A stretch of 64,000 nucleotides of DNA from a virus (Duplodnaviria > Caudoviricetes), in IMG/VR virus record IMGVR_UViG_3300032309_002614, positions 1-64,000 of that record; one strand, written 5' to 3'. The notes beneath the pieces were generated by a model, which saw nothing but the letters and a program-made list of their open reading frames with translations, did no database searches and had not been told where the DNA came from. This document shows, one piece after another, positions 46,773 through 55,428 of the stretch (positions within the stretch are counted from its first letter, which is position 1; each line of letters opens with the position of its first letter). Made by a program: the position numbers and the translations under genes.

Positions 46773-46967
46773 ATGCAAGAAGTAGATAATATAATAAATA
46801 AACTAATCGAATCAATCAAAACAGTTGATTCTAATAAAGCTATTCCTCATTTAGTAAAAGATTTAGATAAACATGTTCAAGAAGCTTATGCTGAACTCTA
46901 TAAATATAGAGAACAAAAATTAGTGTATAAAACTGTTAATGACGACAAACGAGGTCACTGCTGTTAA
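46773..46967 (+). CDS. Hypothetical protein
   Basis: ORF track. Confidence 0.55.
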   Translation: MQEVDNIINKLIESIKTVDSNKAIPHLVKDLDKHVQEAYAELYKYREQKLVYKTVNDDKRGHCC

Positions 46968-47142
46968 AATATCTACTCCTTGCACTAGAAAATGCAAGTT
47001 AATAGACAATCATTGTGTAGGCTGTGGTCGAACTTGGCAACAAATACGAGACTGGACTATTTATAACGAGTCTGAAAGACTTTCAATAATGAACGATCTA
47101 AAGCCAAATATACAATTAAAAGATCAATATGAGTGCTGGTAA
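46939..47142 (+). CDS. DUF1289-like Cys-rich protein
   Basis: TPCTRKC...CVGCGRT..QIRDW. Confidence 0.75.
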   Translation: MTTNEVTAVKISTPCTRKCKLIDNHCVGCGRTWQQIRDWTIYNESERLSIMNDLKPNIQLKDQYECW

Positions 47143-47308
47143 AGGCGATAAACCAAGAAATTGTTTTAGCAAAAAATATAAATCTAATTACGATTCAATT
47201 AATTGGGGCGATATAACTGCTTGCCCATCTTGCAAAACAAATATGAAAAAACATTTTAAAACTTGCCCAAGTTGCGGCAAAGAAAATAAGGTCAATAGTG
47301 AGCGATAA
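47129..47308 (+). CDS. 59-aa zinc-ribbon protein
   Basis: MSAGKGDKPR...CPSC...CPSCGKE; below ORF-track cutoff. Confidence 0.6.
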   Translation: MSAGKGDKPRNCFSKKYKSNYDSINWGDITACPSCKTNMKKHFKTCPSCGKENKVNSER

Positions 47309-47519
47309 TTCTTCAAATATACATAGAGCAGTTAATATAACTACTCTTAGTGAAAAAGATATTAAAAAACATTCGCTAGTAAAAACTGGTGACTTATTCG
47401 AAAAAGATGATTATCTATTGTTATATGATGATCAATATGTAAAAATTGGCGAAGGAAATAAGCTTCTTAAACATAAAATCATTAAAGAAAATACCGTATA
47501 TAGAAAGAAGCAAGTGTAA
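47298..47519 (+). CDS. Hypothetical protein
   Basis: ORF track. Confidence 0.5.
   Translation: MSDNSSNIHRAVNITTLSEKDIKKHSLVKTGDLFEKDDYLLLYDDQYVKIGEGNKLLKHKIIKENTVYRKKQV
47514..47519 (+). promoter_or_regulatory. GTGTAA motif
   Basis: First G 14 nt before ATG 47528. Confidence 0.6.
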
Positions 47520-47527
47520 ATAATTTT

Positions 47528-48838
47528 ATGGCTCAATTGTTCGCCGCTCAGTTTCCTCAGAATGTACATACTAATTTGATTTATGATACTCAAAAAGAGT
47601 ATTATAGACCATTCAAGGATAGTGATTTTTATGGCGGAAATTCAGTAACCAATCCATCTAACGACGCTTTTGGTCGTCAAAGAGTTTCAAATCCTTTTAC
47701 TTTATTTGATAGCTCTCATAGATTTAAAGATAATAATCTTTGGAGTACGGCGACTACAGGAACAGCATCAGCGACATTTGACGCTAATGAAGGTCTAGTT
47801 GATTTAGAAGTAGATAACACCATTAATTCTGAAGTGGTTAGAGAAACTGTAAAAGTGTTTTCTTATCAACCGGGAAAATCTTTGCTAACAATGAATACTT
47901 TTGTAATGCAATCAGCAAAAACTGGTCTTCGTCAAAGAGTTGGATATTATGGCGCTAATAATGGAATATATATTGAACTTGCCAATTCTGTTTTATATAT
48001 TGTTAAAAGAAGTTCTATAAGTGGTTCTATAGTAGATACTAGAATATCACAATCTTCTTGGAGCAACGACAAGTTAGATGGAAGTGGGCCTTCTGGTTTA
48101 ACTTTAGACATTTCTAAAGCTCAAATTTTATGGATGGATATTGAATGGTTGGGTGTAGGTTCTGTTAGAACAGGATTTATTATAAATGGTCAGTTTGTTT
48201 TGTGTCATATATTTCATCATGCAAATTTAATAACCTCAACATATATAACATCAGCATCTTTGCCGCTTCGTTATGAGATTAAAAATACTGCCGCAACTTC
48301 TGGTAATAGCACATTAAAACAAATTTGCTCTACTGTTATTTCTGAAGGCGGTTTTGAACTCAATGGATTGCAACAATCAATAAACATACCGATCACCTCT
48401 CCAAGAGCTTTGACTACCGCTGGAACTTATTATCCAATAATTAGCATAAGATTAAAAAGTGCTTTTTTAGATGCAATTGTGATTCCAACTGCATTTTCTA
48501 TGATGGGAACTGCTAATGGCATTAATTACAATTGGCGAATAATAGTAGCTGGAACAACATCAGCAGGAACTTGGGTCAGTGCTGGAAGTGATAGCGCAGT
48601 TGAATATAATATCACTGGAACTTCTTTTAGCGGAGGAAAAATACTCGCAAGTGGATTTTTAAATTCATCAAATCGAGGTTCCCCAACAATTGAAGTTCTC
48701 AGAGAAGCTGTTTTTAAATTTCAACTAGAAAGAAACGGTCTAACTTCGACTCCGAATGAACTAACACTTGTTGTTACCGCTGCGACTGCTAATGAAACTA
48801 TTTTTGCGGCTATAGATTGGCAAGAAATAAGCAGATAA
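47528..48838 (+). CDS. Probable virion structural protein
   Basis: DAFGRQRVSNPFTLFDS, YQPGKS, WLGVG, LPLRYEI; S/T-rich beta composition. Confidence 0.55.
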   Translation: MAQLFAAQFPQNVHTNLIYDTQKEYYRPFKDSDFYGGNSVTNPSNDAFGRQRVSNPFTLFDSSHRFKDNNLWSTATTGTASATFDANEGLVDLEVDNTINSEVVRETVKVFSYQPGKSLLTMNTFVMQSAKTGLRQRVGYYGANNGIYIELANSVLYIVKRSSISGSIVDTRISQSSWSNDKLDGSGPSGLTLDISKAQILWMDIEWLGVGSVRTGFIINGQFVLCHIFHHANLITSTYITSASLPLRYEIKNTAATSGNSTLKQICSTVISEGGFELNGLQQSINIPITSPRALTTAGTYYPIISIRLKSAFLDAIVIPTAFSMMGTANGINYNWRIIVAGTTSAGTWVSAGSDSAVEYNITGTSFSGGKILASGFLNSSNRGSPTIEVLREAVFKFQLERNGLTSTPNELTLVVTAATANETIFAAIDWQEISR

Positions 48839-48869
48839 TTATTTTATATTTTCTTTTTTGCAATTATTT

Positions 48870-48875
48870 GTGTAA
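48870..48875 (+). promoter_or_regulatory. GTGTAA motif
   Basis: First G 14 nt before ATG 48884. Confidence 0.6.
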
Positions 48876-48883
48876 TTATAGAT

Positions 48884-49843
48884 ATGACAACCAAACTGCC
48901 AATATTAATACTATTGGTTTTTTTATTTACTGGATGCTTTTCTACGATCAAACCTTCTAAGCAGATAGATGATAACCAAAAAGTTATTGCTAAAGAAGAG
49001 AAAAAAGTAGACGCTACTATAGTAGAGATAGAAAAAAATGACAAAGGAAAAAAAATACAAACTTCTACTTTAGCTCAAGGCATTCAATATTCTCTTAATC
49101 AAGTAACTAACCCCCCAATTCAAGTAGACACAGCAAAGTCTTTAAATGAAAGAGTAGTTTCTATTGTCGGCTCTCCTCACATTGATGAAATAAATAGAAT
49201 CAAAGCCACAGTTGATTTATTAAATTCCGCAGTAGAAGAAGAACGTAAAAAAGGGCAAGAGATGCTTGCGAAAAGAGACGAATTAATTAATAAACTACAA
49301 AAAGAAAAAGTAGATTTAAGTGAACAATACGATGATCAACTTTGGCAATTAACAGACAAAGCTAAAGAAGTCGCTAAAGAAGCTGATCAAAATAAAGCGG
49401 TTTTAGATACGATGAGCGGAATGTTTGGTTTGAATGCTGTATTTTGGGGATTGAAAAAGTTCTTTTTTAGCACTTTGACTGCGATAATTATATTTACTGT
49501 AATTTTTACTATTCTTCGTGTGTTAGCTGCAATAAACCCTATTGCTGGTGCAGCTTTTTCTATATTTAATATATTTGGATCTGTATTGATATCTGCCGTC
49601 AAAACTTTAACGCCTAAAGCTTTTGAAATGAGCAAATTAGTCAGTGCAGATAAATTTGATGAATACAAATCTCCGTTGGTAAAGATTGTCGATGTTGTGC
49701 AAAAATTTAAAGAAAAAGCTAAAGAAAATCCAGAAAAAGTTTTTACTCTTAATCATGTCTTAGATGAACTTGATAGAGACATGGATAAGCCTGAAAAAGA
49801 CTTGATCGATGACATTTTAAAAGACCTAAAGTGGAAAAAATAA
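48884..49843 (+). CDS. Lipoprotein with coiled coils and C-proximal transmembrane segments (spanin-like)
   Basis: Signal with lipobox FTG|C, long heptad region, hydrophobic FFFSTLTAIIIFTVIFTIL and AGAAFSIFNIFGSVLI. Confidence 0.55.
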   Translation: MTTKLPILILLVFLFTGCFSTIKPSKQIDDNQKVIAKEEKKVDATIVEIEKNDKGKKIQTSTLAQGIQYSLNQVTNPPIQVDTAKSLNERVVSIVGSPHIDEINRIKATVDLLNSAVEEERKKGQEMLAKRDELINKLQKEKVDLSEQYDDQLWQLTDKAKEVAKEADQNKAVLDTMSGMFGLNAVFWGLKKFFFSTLTAIIIFTVIFTILRVLAAINPIAGAAFSIFNIFGSVLISAVKTLTPKAFEMSKLVSADKFDEYKSPLVKIVDVVQKFKEKAKENPEKVFTLNHVLDELDRDMDKPEKDLIDDILKDLKWKK

Positions 49844-49880
49844 TACATAAAAAAATGATGCTCCCAATGTTTATTTTTTA

Positions 49881-49886
49881 GTGTAA
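49881..49886 (+). promoter_or_regulatory. GTGTAA motif
   Basis: First G 14 nt before ATG 49895. Confidence 0.6.
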
Positions 49887-49894
49887 AAAACGAT

Positions 49895-50116
49895 ATGTCT
49901 GAAGATTATAATAATAATAGTTATGATGCAGTCCTATCAAGGATGGAACAAAAATTAGACACTATTGTTGAAAATATTGACAACATTAAAAAAGGCCAGA
50001 AAGATTTGGAAATGCGAGTTTCTGGTCTGGAGTATTTTAAATATTATTTAGCGGGAATAGTCGCAGCGGTTTCAGTTGGTGCTAATTATTTAATAAATAA
50101 AGTCAAAAACGGCTAA
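49895..50116 (+). CDS. Small coiled-coil plus single-TM protein (holin-like)
   Basis: Heptads then YYLAGIVAAVSVGANYLI and a basic tail. Confidence 0.45.
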   Translation: MSEDYNNNSYDAVLSRMEQKLDTIVENIDNIKKGQKDLEMRVSGLEYFKYYLAGIVAAVSVGANYLINKVKNG

Positions 50117-50130
50117 TCAAAGAAAACTTC

Positions 50131-50158
50131 TTGACTTCTTCTGAAAATGGCATAATAT
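50131..50158 (+). promoter_or_regulatory. Sigma70-like promoter of beta-barrel gene
   Basis: TTGACT-16nt-TAATAT. Confidence 0.55.
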
Positions 50159-50161
50159 CGT

Positions 50162-50872
50162 ATGCCTATGATTAAGTCATTTAAGTTATTTATCGCGTCA
50201 CTTCTGACCTCAGTCGCAGTTTTTGCTGCGGATACCGAGTCAACAATCAATGCCAGCATTAATGCTGGTTACAATAATCACTACATCGTTAACGGACTAG
50301 CAAAGACTAGCGAATCGGCATTTGCTGGTTTCGACATTGGAAAGGTCTATTTTGGTGTGGATACTTATGTCGGTGGTGTCATTCTTCCTAATTCTAACAA
50401 TATTGATGAATCTCACTGGAAGGTCGGAGTTGGTAAGTCTCTAAAAATTACTGAGAAGTTTTCACTTCGTGGCGATTTGCAAGCTCTTCGTCACCAGAGT
50501 TCAATTGTTGGAGGTCGTAATTCTACCGAAATCGCTCCAAAGATTGCATTAGTAAATCCATATCTAACCCCTTACATCCGTGGTTCACATGATTTTAACA
50601 TTGGTCAGTCAGGTTATATCGTTGGTGTCGAACGCCCAACCGATGTATTTGGTTGGTTCACGCTTACTCCTACCGTCGAATATGGCAAGTTTACTGATTA
50701 TGATGTCGTGGCTGCTAAGATTGGTGTCTCTCGCACCTTCTTCAATCATCTTCAACCTTATGCTGAAGTTGGATACTATGACAATAATTTTCAAGCCTCT
50801 AAATACAACTTTGCAAGTCAAGAGTTCAGCGGTGATGTAGTCGTTCTAGCGGGAGTTCGCTGGAACTTCTAA
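50162..50872 (+). CDS. Outer-membrane beta-barrel protein
   Basis: Sec signal (VFA|AD), alternating amphipathic strands, C-terminal beta-signal GVRWNF. Confidence 0.85.
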   Translation: MPMIKSFKLFIASLLTSVAVFAADTESTINASINAGYNNHYIVNGLAKTSESAFAGFDIGKVYFGVDTYVGGVILPNSNNIDESHWKVGVGKSLKITEKFSLRGDLQALRHQSSIVGGRNSTEIAPKIALVNPYLTPYIRGSHDFNIGQSGYIVGVERPTDVFGWFTLTPTVEYGKFTDYDVVAAKIGVSRTFFNHLQPYAEVGYYDNNFQASKYNFASQEFSGDVVVLAGVRWNF

Positions 50873-50897
50873 TAGTGAACGATATTTAGTCAAATAC

Positions 50898-50925
50898 ACC
50901 GTCAACGAAAGTTGGCGGTTTTTTT
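50898..50925 (+). terminator. Intrinsic terminator
   Basis: ACCGTCAAC-gaaa-GTTGGCGGT-tttttt. Confidence 0.85.
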
Positions 50926-50926
50926 G

Positions 50927-50954
50927 TTGACATTTCAAGATTTTTTGTTAACCT
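50927..50954 (+). promoter_or_regulatory. Sigma70-like promoter
   Basis: TTGACA-16nt-TAACCT with TG extension; ATG 50961. Confidence 0.6.
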
Positions 50955-50960
50955 CGTTCA

Positions 50961-51554
50961 ATGTCAAGTTATTCTAATAAAATAACAACTTTACTTTTAG
51001 ATTCATCGTTTATGCCTTATACCTTTTTAACTGGTAGGGCTACCTTCTTACATTTATTAAAAAATAATATTAAATGTTTTGATGCAAGTGAGAATCTTAT
51101 AGATAATAATCTTCAATGGTTTTCTAATCAGGGAGTTAATTTTTATGAAGATCAACCTTTTTTGACCTCTAAAGATAGAATTTGGTTTTTACCTACAACT
51201 GCTGTTATTAAAGCTTCATTTTATTCTAAGAGAAAAAGACTACCTCGCACACTAAGTCTTCAAAAATTGTGCATGATTTTTGATTATACTTGTCAGATTT
51301 GTCACGAAAGATTTGACAAGAAGGACATGACTGTGGAACATATATTTCCTCGCTCTAAAGGAGGAACAAAGGAAATAGAAAATATCACCTTAACTTGTGC
51401 GCAGTGTAATCAAATAAAGAAAGACATGTATCCATTCTTTGATAACAAGAATCGCGATATCAAATCTGTTCCCATGCCGATTCCCGTTCTTCCTAATAAA
51501 CCAATTAATAATCGCGAAGAGTGGCAGAAGTATTTTATATATAAAAAACTATGA
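50961..51554 (+). CDS. HNH endonuclease (McrA-like)
   Basis: TCQIC...TVEHIFPRSKGG...NITLTCAQCNQIK. Confidence 0.85.
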   Translation: MSSYSNKITTLLLDSSFMPYTFLTGRATFLHLLKNNIKCFDASENLIDNNLQWFSNQGVNFYEDQPFLTSKDRIWFLPTTAVIKASFYSKRKRLPRTLSLQKLCMIFDYTCQICHERFDKKDMTVEHIFPRSKGGTKEIENITLTCAQCNQIKKDMYPFFDNKNRDIKSVPMPIPVLPNKPINNREEWQKYFIYKKL

Positions 51555-51736
51555 ACCCGTCTGAATTCGAAAGAACAAAATCAGTCAACATTTTTAAAAA
51601 AATAAAAGAGCTAGAAAAACTAATTAAAGAAGAACAAGTAAAAACTGAAAATCTTTATGCAAACCGCATTGCCACTCTTGATACGATGTTAAAAGGTATT
51701 CATGACCTCATGTACACATTTAAAAAAGGCGAATAG
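51551..51736 (+). CDS. Hypothetical protein
   Basis: ORF track. Confidence 0.5.
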   Translation: MNPSEFERTKSVNIFKKIKELEKLIKEEQVKTENLYANRIATLDTMLKGIHDLMYTFKKGE

Positions 51737-52395
51737 TGAGCTACCTTTCAACAAATATACCAACTCAGTTAGGATATTTAGACGCATCTTTTCTTAATGA
51801 CAGTGCGCCCAGAACAAGTGGAAAATTTATTCCTGTAGAAATTTTTTCAATTGTATCTATTCCTCGACGTTGTTTGATGTTTAATGTTATGAGTGAATAC
51901 GGCGCACAATTTGCAAGAGTGCCTATTCATTACCTTTCCAATAGTGAACAACCAATTACCAAATATGACTTAGATTGGTTGCAGCTATGGGACAGTTTTA
52001 GTTATTATTTTACAATTCAAAGATTTGAGTATTTAAAAAATGGTAGTGCATATATTTATCTTAAAGATAAGAAAATGCACGTTGGAAAATATCTATTCAC
52101 AATTGATTGGTGCAATGGCGAAGATTATAATCTAGGCTATTCTGAAATATCCGCTGGACACAAATGCGCTCACGTTTTTTGGGGCGAAGGCGGACAAATG
52201 TTTGCTCAACCAAACAATAGAATAATATTTAGAGACAGTGGAGCTTGGATTTCAAGCAAACTGCCTCCCGAATCAAAAATTTGGAAACCGTTTTCTAAAG
52301 AATTTTCCTGTGAAGGTTTAGCTCACAAGTGGACCGCAGGTGACGATGAATTAATGTATTATGAGTTTCAACCCCAACAATCCGAGATTAAGTAA
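51736..52395 (+). CDS. Conserved-looking hypothetical phage protein
   Basis: GAQFARVPIH, LQLWDSFSY, HKCAH, QPNNRI. Confidence 0.65.
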   Translation: MSYLSTNIPTQLGYLDASFLNDSAPRTSGKFIPVEIFSIVSIPRRCLMFNVMSEYGAQFARVPIHYLSNSEQPITKYDLDWLQLWDSFSYYFTIQRFEYLKNGSAYIYLKDKKMHVGKYLFTIDWCNGEDYNLGYSEISAGHKCAHVFWGEGGQMFAQPNNRIIFRDSGAWISSKLPPESKIWKPFSKEFSCEGLAHKWTAGDDELMYYEFQPQQSEIK

Positions 52396-52879
52396 GCCTG
52401 AGTATGGTTGTTATCTTGCCTTATCCGCAAGATCCCGCTCAGAAGACCCTCACACTCAAGTAGGCGTTGCCTTATTTGACGAAGAATGGAGAACTGTATC
52501 CACTGGCTTTAACGGCTTTGGCCCCGGTTTTATACCTACAGAAAATATTTTTAAAGATCGTGAAACAAAGTCTTGTTTAATTAATCATGCTGAAATAAAT
52601 GCTATTTTATATTCATCTCGTCAGGCGCATTATGCTTGCATGGTTTATAGTCCATGTGTTCATTGCGCCAAAACAATCGCTGCTTCTAAAATTAAAAGTG
52701 TATATTTTATTCAACAATATGTAAAAGGCTCAGATCAACAAGTTGATTTGAAATTTGAAGAAATCTTTAAATTTTATGGAATAAACAGCATTCAATTGAA
52801 TAATAAGAGTATCGGAAAAATCTTGCACTGGAACAAAAAGGACCAAGATTTTTTAGAAGCTCTATATGTTAAACCATAA
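52361..52879 (+). CDS. dCMP deaminase
   Basis: RSEDPHTQVG, TGFNG, HAEINA, PCVHC. Confidence 0.85.
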   Translation: MSFNPNNPRLSKPEYGCYLALSARSRSEDPHTQVGVALFDEEWRTVSTGFNGFGPGFIPTENIFKDRETKSCLINHAEINAILYSSRQAHYACMVYSPCVHCAKTIAASKIKSVYFIQQYVKGSDQQVDLKFEEIFKFYGINSIQLNNKSIGKILHWNKKDQDFLEALYVKP

Positions 52880-53045
52880 AAAAATCATGGAAGATTCTGC
52901 TGTATTTTTTAATAAAGAAGTTGACAAAGTTATTTTAAAAGTTGCGACAGCAAAAACCGGAAAAGCTAGATCAAAGTATTTGAAACAATTGATGGCATTA
53001 AAAAACAGATTAGTTCTTGAAGTTAAAATGATCGATGAGCTTTGA
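52866..53045 (+). CDS. 59-aa hypothetical protein
   Basis: MLNHKKIMED...MIDEL; below ORF-track cutoff. Confidence 0.45.
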   Translation: MLNHKKIMEDSAVFFNKEVDKVILKVATAKTGKARSKYLKQLMALKNRLVLEVKMIDEL

Positions 53046-53063
53046 AATTTTTGAAAATACTCC

Positions 53064-53091
53064 TTGACACACTCAAAAAATATGATAAATT
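53064..53091 (+). promoter_or_regulatory. Sigma70-like promoter
   Basis: TTGACA-16nt-TAAATT with TG extension. Confidence 0.55.
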
Positions 53092-53192
53092 GGTTTAGCG
53101 TAAATAATTGCTAACATGAAGATAAAAATTAGTGCTACTATTAATAATAATATTCGTTTCGTTAGCTTTAGTTTTTTACCACAATAAAAAAT

Positions 53193-53519
53193 ATGAGTAA
53201 TACTACAGATAAGCAATCAGACTGGAAGAATCGTGAAGTTGGCGCACTTTGGAAGAAGGCTGCTGCCAATGGCAAGAGTTCGTTTTGCACTGGCTATATC
53301 GTTTCCGACGAACTTGGGAATAAGGTTAAGCAGCGTGTAATTATGTTCTCTAACAAGACAAAGAGTAATGAGAAGTCGCCAGACTTTATTATTTATTTGT
53401 CTAATGAGCAAGAGAATGGTGAAGCCGCTCCTGCACCAAAGGCTAAGGCTTCTGCTCCTCCGAAGCGAACGCCGCAACCAGCAAGCGTTGACGCTGATGA
53501 CGATAACGTTCCGATGTAA
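53193..53519 (+). CDS. Putative ssDNA-binding protein (DUF736-like OB pattern, acidic tail)
   Basis: VGALWKK...FSNKTK...PDF; tail DADDDNVPM resembles the SSB tip. Confidence 0.6.
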   Translation: MSNTTDKQSDWKNREVGALWKKAAANGKSSFCTGYIVSDELGNKVKQRVIMFSNKTKSNEKSPDFIIYLSNEQENGEAAPAPKAKASAPPKRTPQPASVDADDDNVPM

Positions 53520-53525
53520 ATAAGC

Positions 53526-53552
53526 AAAGCCCCCAGAAATGGGGGCTTTTTT
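53526..53552 (+). terminator. Intrinsic terminator
   Basis: AAAGCCCCCA-gaaa-TGGGGGCTTT-ttt. Confidence 0.85.
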
Positions 53553-53557
53553 GCGCC

Positions 53558-53585
53558 TTGACATCTTCCGAAAATCTGATATCGT
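53558..53585 (+). promoter_or_regulatory. Sigma70-like promoter of uvsE
   Basis: TTGACA-16nt-TATCGT with TG extension; ATG 53593. Confidence 0.6.
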
Positions 53586-53592
53586 GACCAAA

Positions 53593-54534
53593 ATGAAATA
53601 CGGACTCGTTTGCATTTCGGAACTTTTGCGGGATAAAAATCCCGAATTGGCGTTCAAGACTATGACTCGTACTCAATTCCTTAAAAAGAATCGTGACGAA
53701 TCTATCGCTGAACTTTCTCGCCGCATCTCCCATAATCTTACAGTTACGCTTGAGACTATAAAGCACTGCAAGGAAGTTGGTATTAAACATTATCGTTTGT
53801 CTTGTAAGTTGTTTCCTCTTGTTACTGATCCTACTTTGAAGATTCAAGTGGAATTACTTCCATATTGGAATGTGCTTGAACAAAAGTTAATGGAGATTGG
53901 TCGAGTTGCGCGTGAACTAAATATTACAATGTCAATTCATCCTGATCAGTTTGTCGTTCTTGGTTCTGACTCCGATGATGTTTGTGCAAAATCTATTGCT
54001 GAATTGAATTTTCATGCTTGGGTGCTTGACCAAATAAAGATGCCGCAATCGCATCTATGCCCGATCAACATTCATCCTAGTTTGTCCAACTTTGAATCTG
54101 TTCAGAAATTTGTAGATAAGTTTGTGCGTAATTTCTTTCGATGTGATATCGGTGTTCGCAATAGACTTGTAATTGAAAATGAACATCATGCGTTTTGGAA
54201 TTGTAATAATTTACATGAATACTTTCATAATTATATGAAACACACTTATAATTTTTATTTTCCACTCACACTTGATAATCTTCATGATAAATGCAATCCT
54301 AGTTATGATACCAATAATAACATCATTCCTTACGAGAAACATTTTATTAAGTTTTATCAAACATGGTCTGTTATGCCAGTTTTCCACTGGAGCGAAAGTG
54401 ATGATAATTCATTTAAACACGCAAAAAAAGTAATTAATCCTCCTGTGGATCTTGGTTTAGATTGCATTTATGAAATGGAATACAAAGCTAAAGATAAAGC
54501 TTTCATTCATCTAATCAAGCAAATTGCTAATTGA
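53593..54534 (+). CDS. uvsE: UV-damage endonuclease (UvsE/UvdE)
   Basis: MKYGLVC, HYRLS..LFP, SIHPDQF, INIH, LVIENE, LDNLH, FHWSE; start moved from 53539. Confidence 0.9.
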   Translation: MKYGLVCISELLRDKNPELAFKTMTRTQFLKKNRDESIAELSRRISHNLTVTLETIKHCKEVGIKHYRLSCKLFPLVTDPTLKIQVELLPYWNVLEQKLMEIGRVARELNITMSIHPDQFVVLGSDSDDVCAKSIAELNFHAWVLDQIKMPQSHLCPINIHPSLSNFESVQKFVDKFVRNFFRCDIGVRNRLVIENEHHAFWNCNNLHEYFHNYMKHTYNFYFPLTLDNLHDKCNPSYDTNNNIIPYEKHFIKFYQTWSVMPVFHWSESDDNSFKHAKKVINPPVDLGLDCIYEMEYKAKDKAFIHLIKQIAN

Positions 54535-54564
54535 AAAATTAATAAGCCAATATATTATTATTAC

Positions 54565-54735
54565 ATGAAGCATGTAACAATTAAGATTGGGGACAAAGAC
54601 ATTGAAGTATTGAAAGATATTTTCAAAAACGAAGCTGATTTCAAGCCTCAAGCTCAACAAGACTTACTTATTATTGAGATCCTCAAGCAAGTTCTAAATA
54701 ATCCTAAGAGCGAAATTACAGATATCGATCTATGA
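54565..54735 (+). CDS. 56-aa hypothetical protein
   Basis: MKHVTIKIGDK...DIDL; overlaps next start. Confidence 0.5.
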   Translation: MKHVTIKIGDKDIEVLKDIFKNEADFKPQAQQDLLIIEILKQVLNNPKSEITDIDL

Positions 54736-55031
54736 AGTTTATTCTTAATGTAGAAGGTGCAAATGCTGGAGGCAAATTCTTGGAAAACTATGTTGGACAA
54801 GAAGTAAATATTGATTCCTTGTATAAGGATATTGATATCAATTCGCCGCCACTTGCTACATTAAGAACTTCAGATAATAGACAGCATAGTATTCAATTGA
54901 TAGATATCAGATTCATTAATGAGTTTATTTTTATTAATTGTTTTGTTATTCAGCATGATGATAAACACGGCGGCAAAGCTTTGCTAAGATTGAAGCCTGT
55001 TTGTGATTTAGAAAAGATCGTTAATCCATAA
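54732..55031 (+). CDS. Hypothetical protein
   Basis: ORF track. Confidence 0.55.
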   Translation: MKFILNVEGANAGGKFLENYVGQEVNIDSLYKDIDINSPPLATLRTSDNRQHSIQLIDIRFINEFIFINCFVIQHDDKHGGKALLRLKPVCDLEKIVNP

Positions 55032-55038
55032 TTTTAAA

Positions 55039-55112
55039 GCATCATTAGCATAAAAGTAATGTTCCTGTTTTCCAAACAGGACAAATCGGGGCAGTACCGA
55101 TATGATGCTCCA
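55039..55112 (+). tRNA. tRNA-Gly(TCC) with non-canonical D and T loops, encoded CCA
   Basis: GCATCAT/ATGATGC acceptor, T73, CCTGT-ttTCCaa-ACAGG, ATCGG-GGCAGTA-CCGAT. Confidence 0.85.
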
Positions 55113-55117
55113 ATTTC

Positions 55118-55402
55118 ATGACTCATAAATTTGCAGTAATTGTAGATAAAAAATCATACTATAAACTTCAACAAGAAGATGATTTCTATTTGCGAGTTAT
55201 GATATTAGATATAATAAGAGTATTGTCAGATAAAAAAGAATCTTTAGAAAAATACAAAGACGATTTGTTTTATAAATGCGCTAAAAGCATCGCTAATGAA
55301 GTAAGAATGTTCGAAGATGAAAATTCAGTTATTTTTTACGCTGAATTGAGTAATGGATACCTTGATGATTTTTTTGAAAAACCCCTTGACGATTTGGAAT
55401 AA
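55118..55402 (+). CDS. Hypothetical protein
   Basis: ORF track. Confidence 0.55.
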   Translation: MTHKFAVIVDKKSYYKLQQEDDFYLRVMILDIIRVLSDKKESLEKYKDDLFYKCAKSIANEVRMFEDENSVIFYAELSNGYLDDFFEKPLDDLE

Positions 55403-55413
55403 ATCAATAAATA

Positions 55414-55419
55414 GTGTAT
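55414..55419 (+). promoter_or_regulatory. GTGTAT motif upstream of structured RNA
   Basis: Same motif; position +14 falls at the 5' edge of the RNA fold rather than at an ATG. Confidence 0.5.
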
Positions 55420-55428
55420 TATATAATA

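Noticed and set aside
46598-46789. Track ORF MVEWLSGLKQ...
   Set aside because: Lies entirely over two tRNA genes.
53539-53592. Upstream extension of uvsE
   Set aside because: Spans a terminator and the promoter; the family N-terminus starts at 53593.
55386-55413. Sigma70 promoter from TTGACG at 55386
   Set aside because: No acceptable -10 hexamer at 16-18 nt spacing.
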